Shown: one piece after another, positions 8,111 through 15,948 of the stretch
How the letters are laid out: each line of letters opens with the position of its first letter
Position numbering within the stretch: position 1 is the first letter of the stretch
DNA from: Candidatus Syntropharchaeum sp.
GTDB taxonomy: Archaea > Halobacteriota > Syntropharchaeia > Syntropharchaeales > Syntropharchaeaceae
DNA: 64,000 nucleotides
Assembly (NCBI GenBank): GCA_026134025.1
Contig: JAOQII010000004.1
Location: 19,409-83,408, forward strand
Direction: 5' to 3'
Made by a program: the position numbers and the translations under genes
Notes under the pieces: model-generated
The model's database searches: none
The model's input: the letters and a program-made list of their open reading frames with translations, nothing else
What the model was told of the DNA's origin: nothing

Positions 8111-10471
8111 ATGAAAGATGGTAGCAGAGAATCTGAAGCTTCAGTGACTGGATTATCTGAGGAGGAAGCTGCAAAGCGAATCGAGAAGTTCGGGTACAAT
8201 GAGATACCTGAAAAGAAGGTGCACCCACTTTTGAAGTTTCTTTCTTACTTCTGGGGGCCAATCGCATGGATGATAGAGATTGCTGCAATTCTCTCGGCTG
8301 CGATCGGCGACTGGACAGATTTTGTGATAATCCTTGTGCTTCTCTTTCTAAATGGAGTCGTGGGGTTCTGGGAGGAGCGAAAAGCTGAGAATGTCGTCGC
8401 ACTTTTGAAACAGAAGTTAGCGATTCGATCCATGGTATTGAGAGATGGAAAGTGGCGAGATATTCCTGCAAGGGAGCTTGTACCAGGCGATATCGTCAGG
8501 ATAAAGATTGGAGAGATCATACCTGCCGATCTCAAACTCATTGAGGGCGGATATCTCACTGTCGATGAGTCAGCCCTGACCGGTGAATCGCTCCCGGTTG
8601 AGAAGGGAGAAGGGGATATCGCATATTCAGGTTCGGTTGTTACAAGAGGGGAAATGTTAGCTGTTGTTACAGCCACAGGATCTGATACATTCTTTGGAAG
8701 GACGGTTCAGCTCGTGGAAGAGGCGGGAACGGTGAGTTCATTCCAGAAGATGGTGATAAAAGTCGGAGATTACCTCATCATTATGGCACTGATCCTGATC
8801 TCCTTCACATTCATTGTTGCGATCTATCGTGGGGAGAGCCTGCTTGAGATGGCAACATTCGCACTTGTTCTGATGGTTGCAGCGATTCCCGCAGCACTGC
8901 CAGCGGTGCTATCGATCACAATGGCTGTTGGCGCCCTCAACCTCGCAAGAAGAAGTGCCGTTGTGACAAAACTCGTCTCAATAGAGGAGCTTGCAGGGGT
9001 TGATGTCTTATGTGCCGATAAGACCGGGACGCTCACGATGAATCAGCTAACCACCGGCGATCCTGTAACCTTCAACGACTACACAGATGAAGAACTCGCG
9101 CTCTATGCCGCCCTTGCCTCAGAAGGAGAGGATGCGATAGATAAGGCGATTCTAAAGCTTGTGGATGAGCTGAAAGTGGAAGATAAAGTCAAAGAGTACA
9201 GGCAGGTATCTTTTACCCCGTTTGATCCTGTGATAAAAAGAACAGAGGCAGAGGTATCAGATGGTGAAGATTTTAAGGTCACAAAAGGTGCTCCACAGGT
9301 GATTCTTGGATTGTGCGGGGGTAATTTAGAGGCTGAGAGGGTGGTTGAGGATTTTGCAGCAGAAGGATACAGATCGATCGCTGTTGCAAGAACTGAAGAG
9401 GGTAAATGGGAGCTTGTCGGGATCATACCGCTCTTTGATCCTCCGCGAGAAGATACACCCGCTGCGATCGAAGAGATCAAGGATCTCGGCGTTAAAGTCA
9501 AGATGTTGACAGGAGATAACATCGCCATTGCAAGACACATCGCAGAAATTCTCAATCTCGGTAGAAAGATACTCCCTATAGGAGATATCCTGAAGTTAAA
9601 GCGGGAGGCAGAGGTTGAACACCTGATAGAGGAGGCTGACGGCTTTTCAGAGGTTTTTCCTGAGCACAAATACCGCATAGTTGGTTATCTCCAGAAGCGC
9701 GGACATCTTGTTGGGATGACAGGAGATGGTGTCAATGATGCCCCTGCACTCAAGCGGGCAGACTGTGGAATCGCGGTTGCAGGGGCAACGGATGCTGCAA
9801 GAGCGGCTGCAGGGGTTGTATCACTTGAACCAGGGATCTCAATCATCAGGGACGCGATAGAAGAGGCAAGAAGAATCTTTCAGCGTATGGAAAGCTATGT
9901 CATCTACAGGATCACCGAGACAATACGGGTACTCTTCTTCATCGTATTTGCGATACTCATCTTCAATTTCTATCCGATAACAGCCCTCATGATCGTGCTT
10001 CTTGCCGTCTTAAACGATGCCCCGATACTCGCGATCGCATACGATAACGTGAAAAAGCTCAAAGAACCCGCACGATGGAACCTTGAGAAGATAATCTTAC
10101 TCTCAACACTTCTCGGATTTGTCGGTGTTATAAGCTCATTTCTGCTGTTTTATATCGGCGACAAGATCTTACTTTTAGGAAGGCCAGAGCTCCAGTCATT
10201 CATATTCCTGAAGCTTGCGGTTGCAGGGCATCTGACGATATTTGTGACGAGAAAAAGGGATCGGCTCTGGAAAAAACCATATCCCGGTGGTATCCTCTTC
10301 TGGTCTGCCATTGCAACAAAAATTCTTGCAACGCTCATCGTCGTCTACGGGATACTCGTAACCCCGATTGGATGGAAATTAGCGGGGCTTATCTGGGGAT
10401 ATGCTATTGTATGGATGCTCATCGCAGATCAGGCAAAGATGATGGCTATGCGAAGACTTGGGGAGTTTTAG
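8111..10471 (+). CDS. P-type ATPase, plasma-membrane H+-ATPase-like (P3A type)
   Basis: 786 aa; DKTGTLT phosphorylation motif (CADKTGTLTMNQLT), TGES, MTGDGVNDAPAL hinge, N-terminal EEAAKRIEKFGYNEI typical of P3A/P2 pumps, about 10 TM. Confidence 0.85.
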   Translation: MKDGSRESEASVTGLSEEEAAKRIEKFGYNEIPEKKVHPLLKFLSYFWGPIAWMIEIAAILSAAIGDWTDFVIILVLLFLNGVVGFWEERKAENVVALLKQKLAIRSMVLRDGKWRDIPARELVPGDIVRIKIGEIIPADLKLIEGGYLTVDESALTGESLPVEKGEGDIAYSGSVVTRGEMLAVVTATGSDTFFGRTVQLVEEAGTVSSFQKMVIKVGDYLIIMALILISFTFIVAIYRGESLLEMATFALVLMVAAIPAALPAVLSITMAVGALNLARRSAVVTKLVSIEELAGVDVLCADKTGTLTMNQLTTGDPVTFNDYTDEELALYAALASEGEDAIDKAILKLVDELKVEDKVKEYRQVSFTPFDPVIKRTEAEVSDGEDFKVTKGAPQVILGLCGGNLEAERVVEDFAAEGYRSIAVARTEEGKWELVGIIPLFDPPREDTPAAIEEIKDLGVKVKMLTGDNIAIARHIAEILNLGRKILPIGDILKLKREAEVEHLIEEADGFSEVFPEHKYRIVGYLQKRGHLVGMTGDGVNDAPALKRADCGIAVAGATDAARAAAGVVSLEPGISIIRDAIEEARRIFQRMESYVIYRITETIRVLFFIVFAILIFNFYPITALMIVLLAVLNDAPILAIAYDNVKKLKEPARWNLEKIILLSTLLGFVGVISSFLLFYIGDKILLLGRPELQSFIFLKLAVAGHLTIFVTRKRDRLWKKPYPGGILFWSAIATKILATLIVVYGILVTPIGWKLAGLIWGYAIVWMLIADQAKMMAMRRLGEF

Positions 10472-10529
10472 GGTGATAAGTCAAAAGATATTTAAGTGTG
10501 GACACACATCCCTCTACAGGTGAGGAATT

Positions 10530-11447
10530 ATGGGCAAGGTAACATCATTTCTTCTCATACTGCTTCTTATATCCGTTGGATTCAATATTTATCTGGTTCA
10601 GAATCAAAATAGTGATACAATTTCGGCCCTCCAGGATCGGATAACCTCACTTGAAGAACAGAACAGACACCTCACAATGGAGCTTTATCAGACCAACCTC
10701 TCACTCCAGCAAGCAAGAAGACAGCTTTCATTCTACAGAGATGAGATTGCAGAGCTTAAGAGTAAGATAAGCGCTAACAATGTCACGGGTGAGGTGGGCA
10801 CAGCGAGGCTTGATGCTCCAGCTGTGCTGCGCAGGGTTGAGTACAGCGGTGAGTTCCCATTTATGACCCAGCAGATAATTGAAGAAGGGACAATGATGGA
10901 GGTTACCGTTGAAATCAAGCCAGGTAAGGGGCGTGTGCTTGTTGAGACAGAACCGCTCATGGGTGTTGTATTTCAGGATGCAGCAAACAACGCAGTTGCC
11001 GCAGCCGAGAACTATCTCGGGTGTGATCTATCAGGGAGCGATGTGATCTTCTCGGTTGAGGCAGAGGCAGAGGTCCCTGAGGTTGATGGTCCAAGTGCTG
11101 GTGCGCTAATGACAACACTTGTCGTAGCTGCAGTTGAGAACATCACACTCCCTGAGGATATCACGATGACAGGGACGATAAGCCCCGATGGACATGTTGG
11201 TGAGATTGGCGGCGTCATAGAAAAGGCTAAAGCCTCAAAAGCGGCTGGAAAGCGCATCCTGATACTGCCAGAGGAGAATGATCACATTGTGAGGTATGAA
11301 GCGGTCAAAAAGCAGTATGGTGGACTCACGGTTATCACACAGAAGCCTGTAATCATTGACACAGAGGAATACATCGAGGAAAATATCGGGATTGATGTTG
11401 TGTATGTGGACTCGCTAAAAGAGATCTTTGATGTTATAAATGGGTGA
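10530..11447 (+). CDS. Membrane-anchored S16 (Lon-like) serine peptidase lacking an ATPase domain
   Basis: N-terminal TM helix, coiled-coil region, C-terminal Lon proteolytic domain with the catalytic-Ser motif VDGPSAGA and downstream Lys (KAAGKRILILP). Confidence 0.7.
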   Translation: MGKVTSFLLILLLISVGFNIYLVQNQNSDTISALQDRITSLEEQNRHLTMELYQTNLSLQQARRQLSFYRDEIAELKSKISANNVTGEVGTARLDAPAVLRRVEYSGEFPFMTQQIIEEGTMMEVTVEIKPGKGRVLVETEPLMGVVFQDAANNAVAAAENYLGCDLSGSDVIFSVEAEAEVPEVDGPSAGALMTTLVVAAVENITLPEDITMTGTISPDGHVGEIGGVIEKAKASKAAGKRILILPEENDHIVRYEAVKKQYGGLTVITQKPVIIDTEEYIEENIGIDVVYVDSLKEIFDVING

Positions 11448-11664
11448 ACGCATCCCAAAAATATTATTTGTACCATCTGATATTTATTTCGCTTCATCCT
11501 CCACGACACGGGGGGGCGATTCGTCGAACGTCATCGTTACCAGGTACCATGTACTGGTTCCTGATTCTGGGAGTTAAATCCTGGCGAAATTTATTGGAGA
11601 TAGTACATTTTTTTGAACATGAGGGCGTAACACTTAATAAACGTTGTATCATAGGCATCTTCAG

Positions 11665-12117
11665 ATGGAAGACAGCGAGAAGATAAAACACATTGTACGA
11701 ATCGCTAATACTGATCTTCAAGGTGCACAGAAGGTGGAACTTGCCCTTACAGGGATCAGAGGTATCGGGAGGCGCACTTCTCGTGTTATAACAGAGCGTG
11801 CAAATGTTGATCCCGATGCGGTAATGGGCTATCTGCCAGATGACGCAATCGCACGGCTTAAGGTCCAGGTGGAAGAGAAGGTCAATGAAACACTTCCTGT
11901 GTGGATGATGAATCGTCAGAGAGATCCGTTTACAGGTGAAGACAAGCACATCATCGCGACGGATTCGATGATGACACTGCGAGAGGATATCAATTTCATG
12001 AAGATGATCAGGTGTTATCGTGGTATCAGGCACGAGCGCGGGCATAAAGTTAGAGGTCAGCGCACGAAGTCCACAGGAAGAAAAGGAGCGATCGTTGGTG
12101 TCAGCAGGAAGAAGTGA
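11665..12117 (+). CDS. rps13: 30S ribosomal protein S13 (uS13)
   Basis: MEDSEKIKHIVRIANTDLQGAQKVELALTGIRGIGRR matches archaeal S13. The start was moved to the internal Met of the longer ORF. Confidence 0.9.
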   Translation: MEDSEKIKHIVRIANTDLQGAQKVELALTGIRGIGRRTSRVITERANVDPDAVMGYLPDDAIARLKVQVEEKVNETLPVWMMNRQRDPFTGEDKHIIATDSMMTLREDINFMKMIRCYRGIRHERGHKVRGQRTKSTGRKGAIVGVSRKK

Positions 12118-12137
12118 AGCTTGAGAGGGTGGAACTG

Positions 12138-12713
12138 ATGGGATATCCAGGTAAGTGTAAGAAACAGTATGAAACCCCTCGCTATCCATGGCAACACGAG
12201 AAGCTCGAGGAAGATGCGAACCTCATAAAGAGGTATGGCCTCAGGAACAAACGGGAGCTGTGGAAAGCAGAGAGTACACTCAGAACATACAGACGAGAAG
12301 CGAGAGAATTGCTCGCAATAAGGGCATCAGGGATGGTCAGTGAGAGTGCAAAGCGAGAGATCGGCAACCTTGTTGATAGCCTCAAGCGGAAGGGAATTTT
12401 AAATATAGACGGTGAGCTGGAGGATATCTTAGCGCTTACGGTTGAGGATTTTCTAAACCGACGACTACAGACGATCGTAACTCAGAAAAATCTCGCAAGT
12501 TCGATGAGGCAATCGAGACAGTTCATCGTTCACGGACATATAGCGGTCGATGGTCGGCGGGTCACAATCCCGAGTTTCATGGTGAAACGAGGTCAGGAGT
12601 CAGGGGTTGATTACTACGTGCGTTCTCCGATCACGGACGAGATGCACCCTGTAAGACCTGCGATGTCCGTTGAGGTCACAGCAGAAGGAGAAGGGGTGAA
12701 CGTTGATGAGTAA
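12138..12713 (+). CDS. rps4: 30S ribosomal protein S4 (uS4)
   Basis: [26 protein letters not shown]-terminus is typical of archaeal S4. Follows S13 in the conserved order. Confidence 0.9.
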   Translation: MGYPGKCKKQYETPRYPWQHEKLEEDANLIKRYGLRNKRELWKAESTLRTYRREARELLAIRASGMVSESAKREIGNLVDSLKRKGILNIDGELEDILALTVEDFLNRRLQTIVTQKNLASSMRQSRQFIVHGHIAVDGRRVTIPSFMVKRGQESGVDYYVRSPITDEMHPVRPAMSVEVTAEGEGVNVDE

Positions 12714-13089
12714 ATGGGCGGTTGCACATATCCATGCATCATTCAATAATACGATCATCACGATCACAGATCTGACAGGGGCTGAGGTGATCGCAAAGTC
12801 CTCTGGTGGGATGGTAGTGAAGGCTGCAAGGGATGAGAGTTCATCCTATACTGCTATGCAGATGGCGAGTGAACTTGCAGAGGAGATCAAGGACAAAGGT
12901 ATCACTGGAATTCACATCAAGGTAAGGGCTCCAGGTGGGCACAGAGAACATAGCCCAGGACCTGGTGCACAGCCGTCAATACGTGCTTTTGCAAGGGCGG
13001 GTCTCAGGATTGGCAGGATTGAGGATGTCACACCAATCCCGCACGATGGCACAAAGCCCAAGGGAGGAAAGCGCGGCAGGAGGGTGTGA
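12703..13089 (+). CDS. rps11: 30S ribosomal protein S11 (uS11)
   Basis: [25 protein letters not shown]...VRAPGG...[19 protein letters not shown] is a near-canonical archaeal S11. Confidence 0.92.
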   Translation: MMSKWAVAHIHASFNNTIITITDLTGAEVIAKSSGGMVVKAARDESSSYTAMQMASELAEEIKDKGITGIHIKVRAPGGHREHSPGPGAQPSIRAFARAGLRIGRIEDVTPIPHDGTKPKGGKRGRRV

Positions 13090-13884
13090 GTGGCAATCGA
13101 GATTAATGTCATCGAGCTCACTGAGAGGTATGCAAAGTTCATAATATCTGGCCTGACACCCGCGTCTGCAAACGCGCTCAGGCGGTGCATGATCAATGAG
13201 GTACCGCGGATGGCGATCGATGAGGTTAATTTTTATGAAAATACATCAGTACTATTCGATGAACAGCTTGCATTGCGTCTTGGTCTCATACCACTCAGGG
13301 CAGATCCAGGACTTTACGTGCTGGAGGATGAGTGTACGTGTGAGGATGGCTGCTCACTCTGCCAGTCCACGGCTTCGATCAGTGCAGAAGGTCCCATAAA
13401 GATTTATTCGTCGGATCTCGTCATGGGCGATGAGAACATCTCGGTTGCAGATGATAATATATTGATCGTAGATCTCAAAGACGGGCAGAAACTTCTCTTG
13501 AACGCTATCATAAAGCTTGGAACAGGAGAAATGCACGCGAAATGGCAGAATGCTGTTGTATGTGGTTATAAAAACATCCCGCATGTGAGCATTACGGACT
13601 GCAACGATTGCGGTAGATGTGTTGATGTGTGTCCCAGAGACGTCTTTAAATGTGTGGATGGGCGTGTCATGATCGGGGATGATATCAACTGCTCATGCTG
13701 CAATCTCTGCGTGGAAGCCTGCGAGCTTGACGGAATCGTGATTGAAGAGGATCCTGAAGCGTTCCTCTTTAAACTTGAGACAGATGGAGGGATGACCGCG
13801 AGTGCGTTAATTGTCTATGCGGTTCGAATGCTTAGAGATAAGGCAGTCAGGCTGAAATCTGTGCTTGAGCGTTTTTCCCATTGA
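13090..13884 (+). CDS. rpoD: DNA-directed RNA polymerase subunit D (Rpo3) with 4Fe-4S cluster domain
   Basis: 264 aa, conserved position after S11, Cys clusters (CNDCGRCVDVCP, CSCCNLCVEAC). The last roughly 13 codons lie inside the 243-bp repeat. Confidence 0.85.
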   Translation: MAIEINVIELTERYAKFIISGLTPASANALRRCMINEVPRMAIDEVNFYENTSVLFDEQLALRLGLIPLRADPGLYVLEDECTCEDGCSLCQSTASISAEGPIKIYSSDLVMGDENISVADDNILIVDLKDGQKLLLNAIIKLGTGEMHAKWQNAVVCGYKNIPHVSITDCNDCGRCVDVCPRDVFKCVDGRVMIGDDINCSCCNLCVEACELDGIVIEEDPEAFLFKLETDGGMTASALIVYAVRMLRDKAVRLKSVLERFSH

Positions 13885-14088
13885 GCCTTATCCCGGTAAT
13901 CGTCGATATATTCTTCTCCTGCATCACAACACCGATCGTTGAAGAGGCACACTCGATCATCGGCTCTCTGAGTGAAACAACAATAAATTGCGCGCTCTTT
14001 GATAACTTTTTGATCATCTTTGCGACCTTCTCGACATTCACACCATCGAGCATCATATCTATCTCATCCAGTGCATAGAACGGTGCTG
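13846..14088. repeat. Copy 1 of a perfect 243-bp direct repeat, a duplicate of the smc 3' end (last about 75 codons, antisense) placed downstream of and overlapping the rpoD 3' end
   Basis: Nucleotide identity with 15706-15948 checked by eye. The ORF track shows identical 69-aa (minus) and 65-aa (plus) translations at both sites. Confidence 0.9.
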
Positions 14089-14118
14089 TCTGAAAAGAGA
14101 ATAAATTAGAGATCTGTC

Positions 14119-14892
14119 TTATTTCACCTCTGATTTTACAAATCCTTCTGTTCCGTTTATCAGCTCTTTAACTTCTTCTATTGGCGGTTCCTCTTTTGCA
14201 TGGTCACACTTATTACGAATATCCCCCAGCCATTCAATCTTTTTTCGTTTGGTTTCACTCAAATGACCCGCTTTACGCAATCCTTGGGCGAGTGAGTTGA
14301 TACCTTTAATAACAGTGTGATTCACAGGCGGCGTTGAAGTCTCGCATAAGGTCTTTAAATAGCGTTCCAATGCAACACCAGCAACCGCACCCGCAGCACG
14401 GATAAAACCGTGATCTAAAAGAAGTCTTGCCTCCTCTAATTCGCTTTCAACTAGATCTGCACTGATTGTTCTTCTTAATTTTAAGTTTTGTATTTCAAAG
14501 ACTTCAGGTAATGATAACAGTAAGTTCCTTTGTGTGTCAAAGAAATCTGTAAACTCTTTAATTATGTAATGCACATCAATCTTAGCCCAATCTTTTCGAA
14601 GTTGGAGTAAACATAAAATTTCCTCATATTCTTTTATAAATTCGTCTTTTCGATCAGATAAATATTCTTTTATCAGGGTTTCTCCTTTTGAATACCATAT
14701 TTGATATGATTGAACATATTTTCTTTGTTCCTCTCTAAAAGAGTTCTCGAATCACATCATTTCAGTATTTAAGTCATTTATATACGCAAACGTAAAGGTA
14801 TCAGATAAAAAACCAGTCACCTTTTTCTCAATTTCTTCTGCTTCCTTCTCCAATTCCCTAACAGTATGGATCAGTTCACTTAATTGTGTCAT
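14119..14892 (-). pseudogene. HEPN-domain protein (R-x4-H motif RNKCDH) interrupted by an in-frame TGA. A 47-codon N-terminal piece is followed by a 210-codon distal open frame; the listed GTG-initiated 151-aa ORF (14119-14574) is its terminal part
   Basis: Manual reverse-strand translation: ATG at 14892, in-frame TGA at 14752-14754, then a 59-codon stop-free frame continuing into ORF 14119..14574. The C-terminal GDIRNKCDHAKEE is the HEPN RNase signature. Confidence 0.5.
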
Positions 14893-14942
14893 TCATCTCA
14901 TCCCAAGTTCTTTAGACGTTTATTCTATTGAGAGATATCAAA

Positions 14943-15383
14943 TTATTCTTGCGTTAGGTATTCAAATGCACTGATATACTTGTATTTGATTACATTCTTG
15001 TATTTTGTTATCGTTCTTTCTTTTGCTACATCATGATACTTAGTTACCGTTCGTTGTTTAGCGACTTCGTGATACTTTGTGACTGTTCTCTCTTTTGGCA
15101 GATAAGTTACGACATATTGAAATTTGGAAGGTCGAAGTACTTCATAGGAGCAATTCAAAAATCTAGTACTATTAACCGTCCATTCGAATTGGTGGCTTTC
15201 ACCAGGCATCAAAAATACACTATCTGTTATAGCATTATATGATCGTTCAGTAGTTACTATATGGAAAACTACCTGAAACATTCCACCACTATCCTCTGTA
15301 TTCGTTATCATAACCATTAAATCAAGTAATTCGATAGACCCCAGTCCAGAGTACAACTTTAAAAAATGCTTATAAAAAACCAA
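14943..15383 (-). CDS. Hypothetical protein with C-terminal 11-aa tandem repeats (ERTVTKYHEVAKQ / RTVTKYHDVAKE / RTITKYKNVIKY)
   Basis: 146-aa ORF inside the repeat-flanked islet. Low GC. Confidence 0.35.
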   Translation of the reverse strand: MVFYKHFLKLYSGLGSIELLDLMVMITNTEDSGGMFQVVFHIVTTERSYNAITDSVFLMPGESHQFEWTVNSTRFLNCSYEVLRPSKFQYVVTYLPKERTVTKYHEVAKQRTVTKYHDVAKERTITKYKNVIKYKYISAFEYLTQE

Positions 15384-15421
15384 ACCCGATGTTTCATAAC
15401 TATATGGGATATTATCTGTGG

Positions 15422-15637
15422 TTAATTCTTTTTTTCATAATATGTTTCTACATCCTCATAAGGTTCCATTTCATAATATGTTTCTGTAGTTTCGTATGGC
15501 TCTGTTACATAATACGTCTCGGTCGCACTATATGGCTCCTTAACCGTGTAAGAGACTTCTATCACTGGCATAGATATTGCAACGCAAGCACACAATGTTG
15601 CCAATAAAGCACCTATTGCAATCCATTTCCTTTCCAT
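15422..15637 (-). CDS. Small secreted or membrane-anchored protein with triplicated EPY-x3-ETYY repeats
   Basis: MERKWIAIGALLATLCACVAIS signal-like N-terminus (internal Met of the 87-aa ORF), followed by KEPYSATETYYVTEPYETTETYYEMEPYEDVETYY. Confidence 0.35.
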   Translation of the reverse strand: MERKWIAIGALLATLCACVAISMPVIEVSYTVKEPYSATETYYVTEPYETTETYYEMEPYEDVETYYEKKN

Positions 15638-15705
15638 TTGTGAACCTCTAACTCTTTTTTTATTGATCCTATATAAAACTATCAATTCACATCTTAAGAG
15701 AAGCG

Positions 15706-15948
15706 GTCAGGCTGAAATCTGTGCTTGAGCGTTTTTCCCATTGAGCCTTATCCCGGTAATCGTCGATATATTCTTCTCCTGCATCACAACACCGATCGTT
15801 GAAGAGGCACACTCGATCATCGGCTCTCTGAGTGAAACAACAATAAATTGCGCGCTCTTTGATAACTTTTTGATCATCTTTGCGACCTTCTCGACATTCA
15901 CACCATCGAGCATCATATCTATCTCATCCAGTGCATAGAACGGTGCTG
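15706..15948. repeat. Copy 2 of the 243-bp direct repeat (the native 3' end of smc)
   Basis: Identical to 13846-14088 and contiguous with the smc body. Confidence 0.9.

Noticed and set aside
8245-9678. Minus-strand ORFs of 143 and 191 aa overlapping the P-type ATPase gene
   Set aside because: They are antisense to a gene with unambiguous P-type ATPase motifs. The sequences are Ser/Pro/Thr-rich with no motif.
13847-14078. The 69-aa (minus) and 65-aa (plus) ORFs inside repeat copy 1 as genes
   Set aside because: They are translations of the duplicated smc 3' fragment, identical to smc residues 1099-1167, with no start context. They are treated as part of the repeat, not as independent genes.
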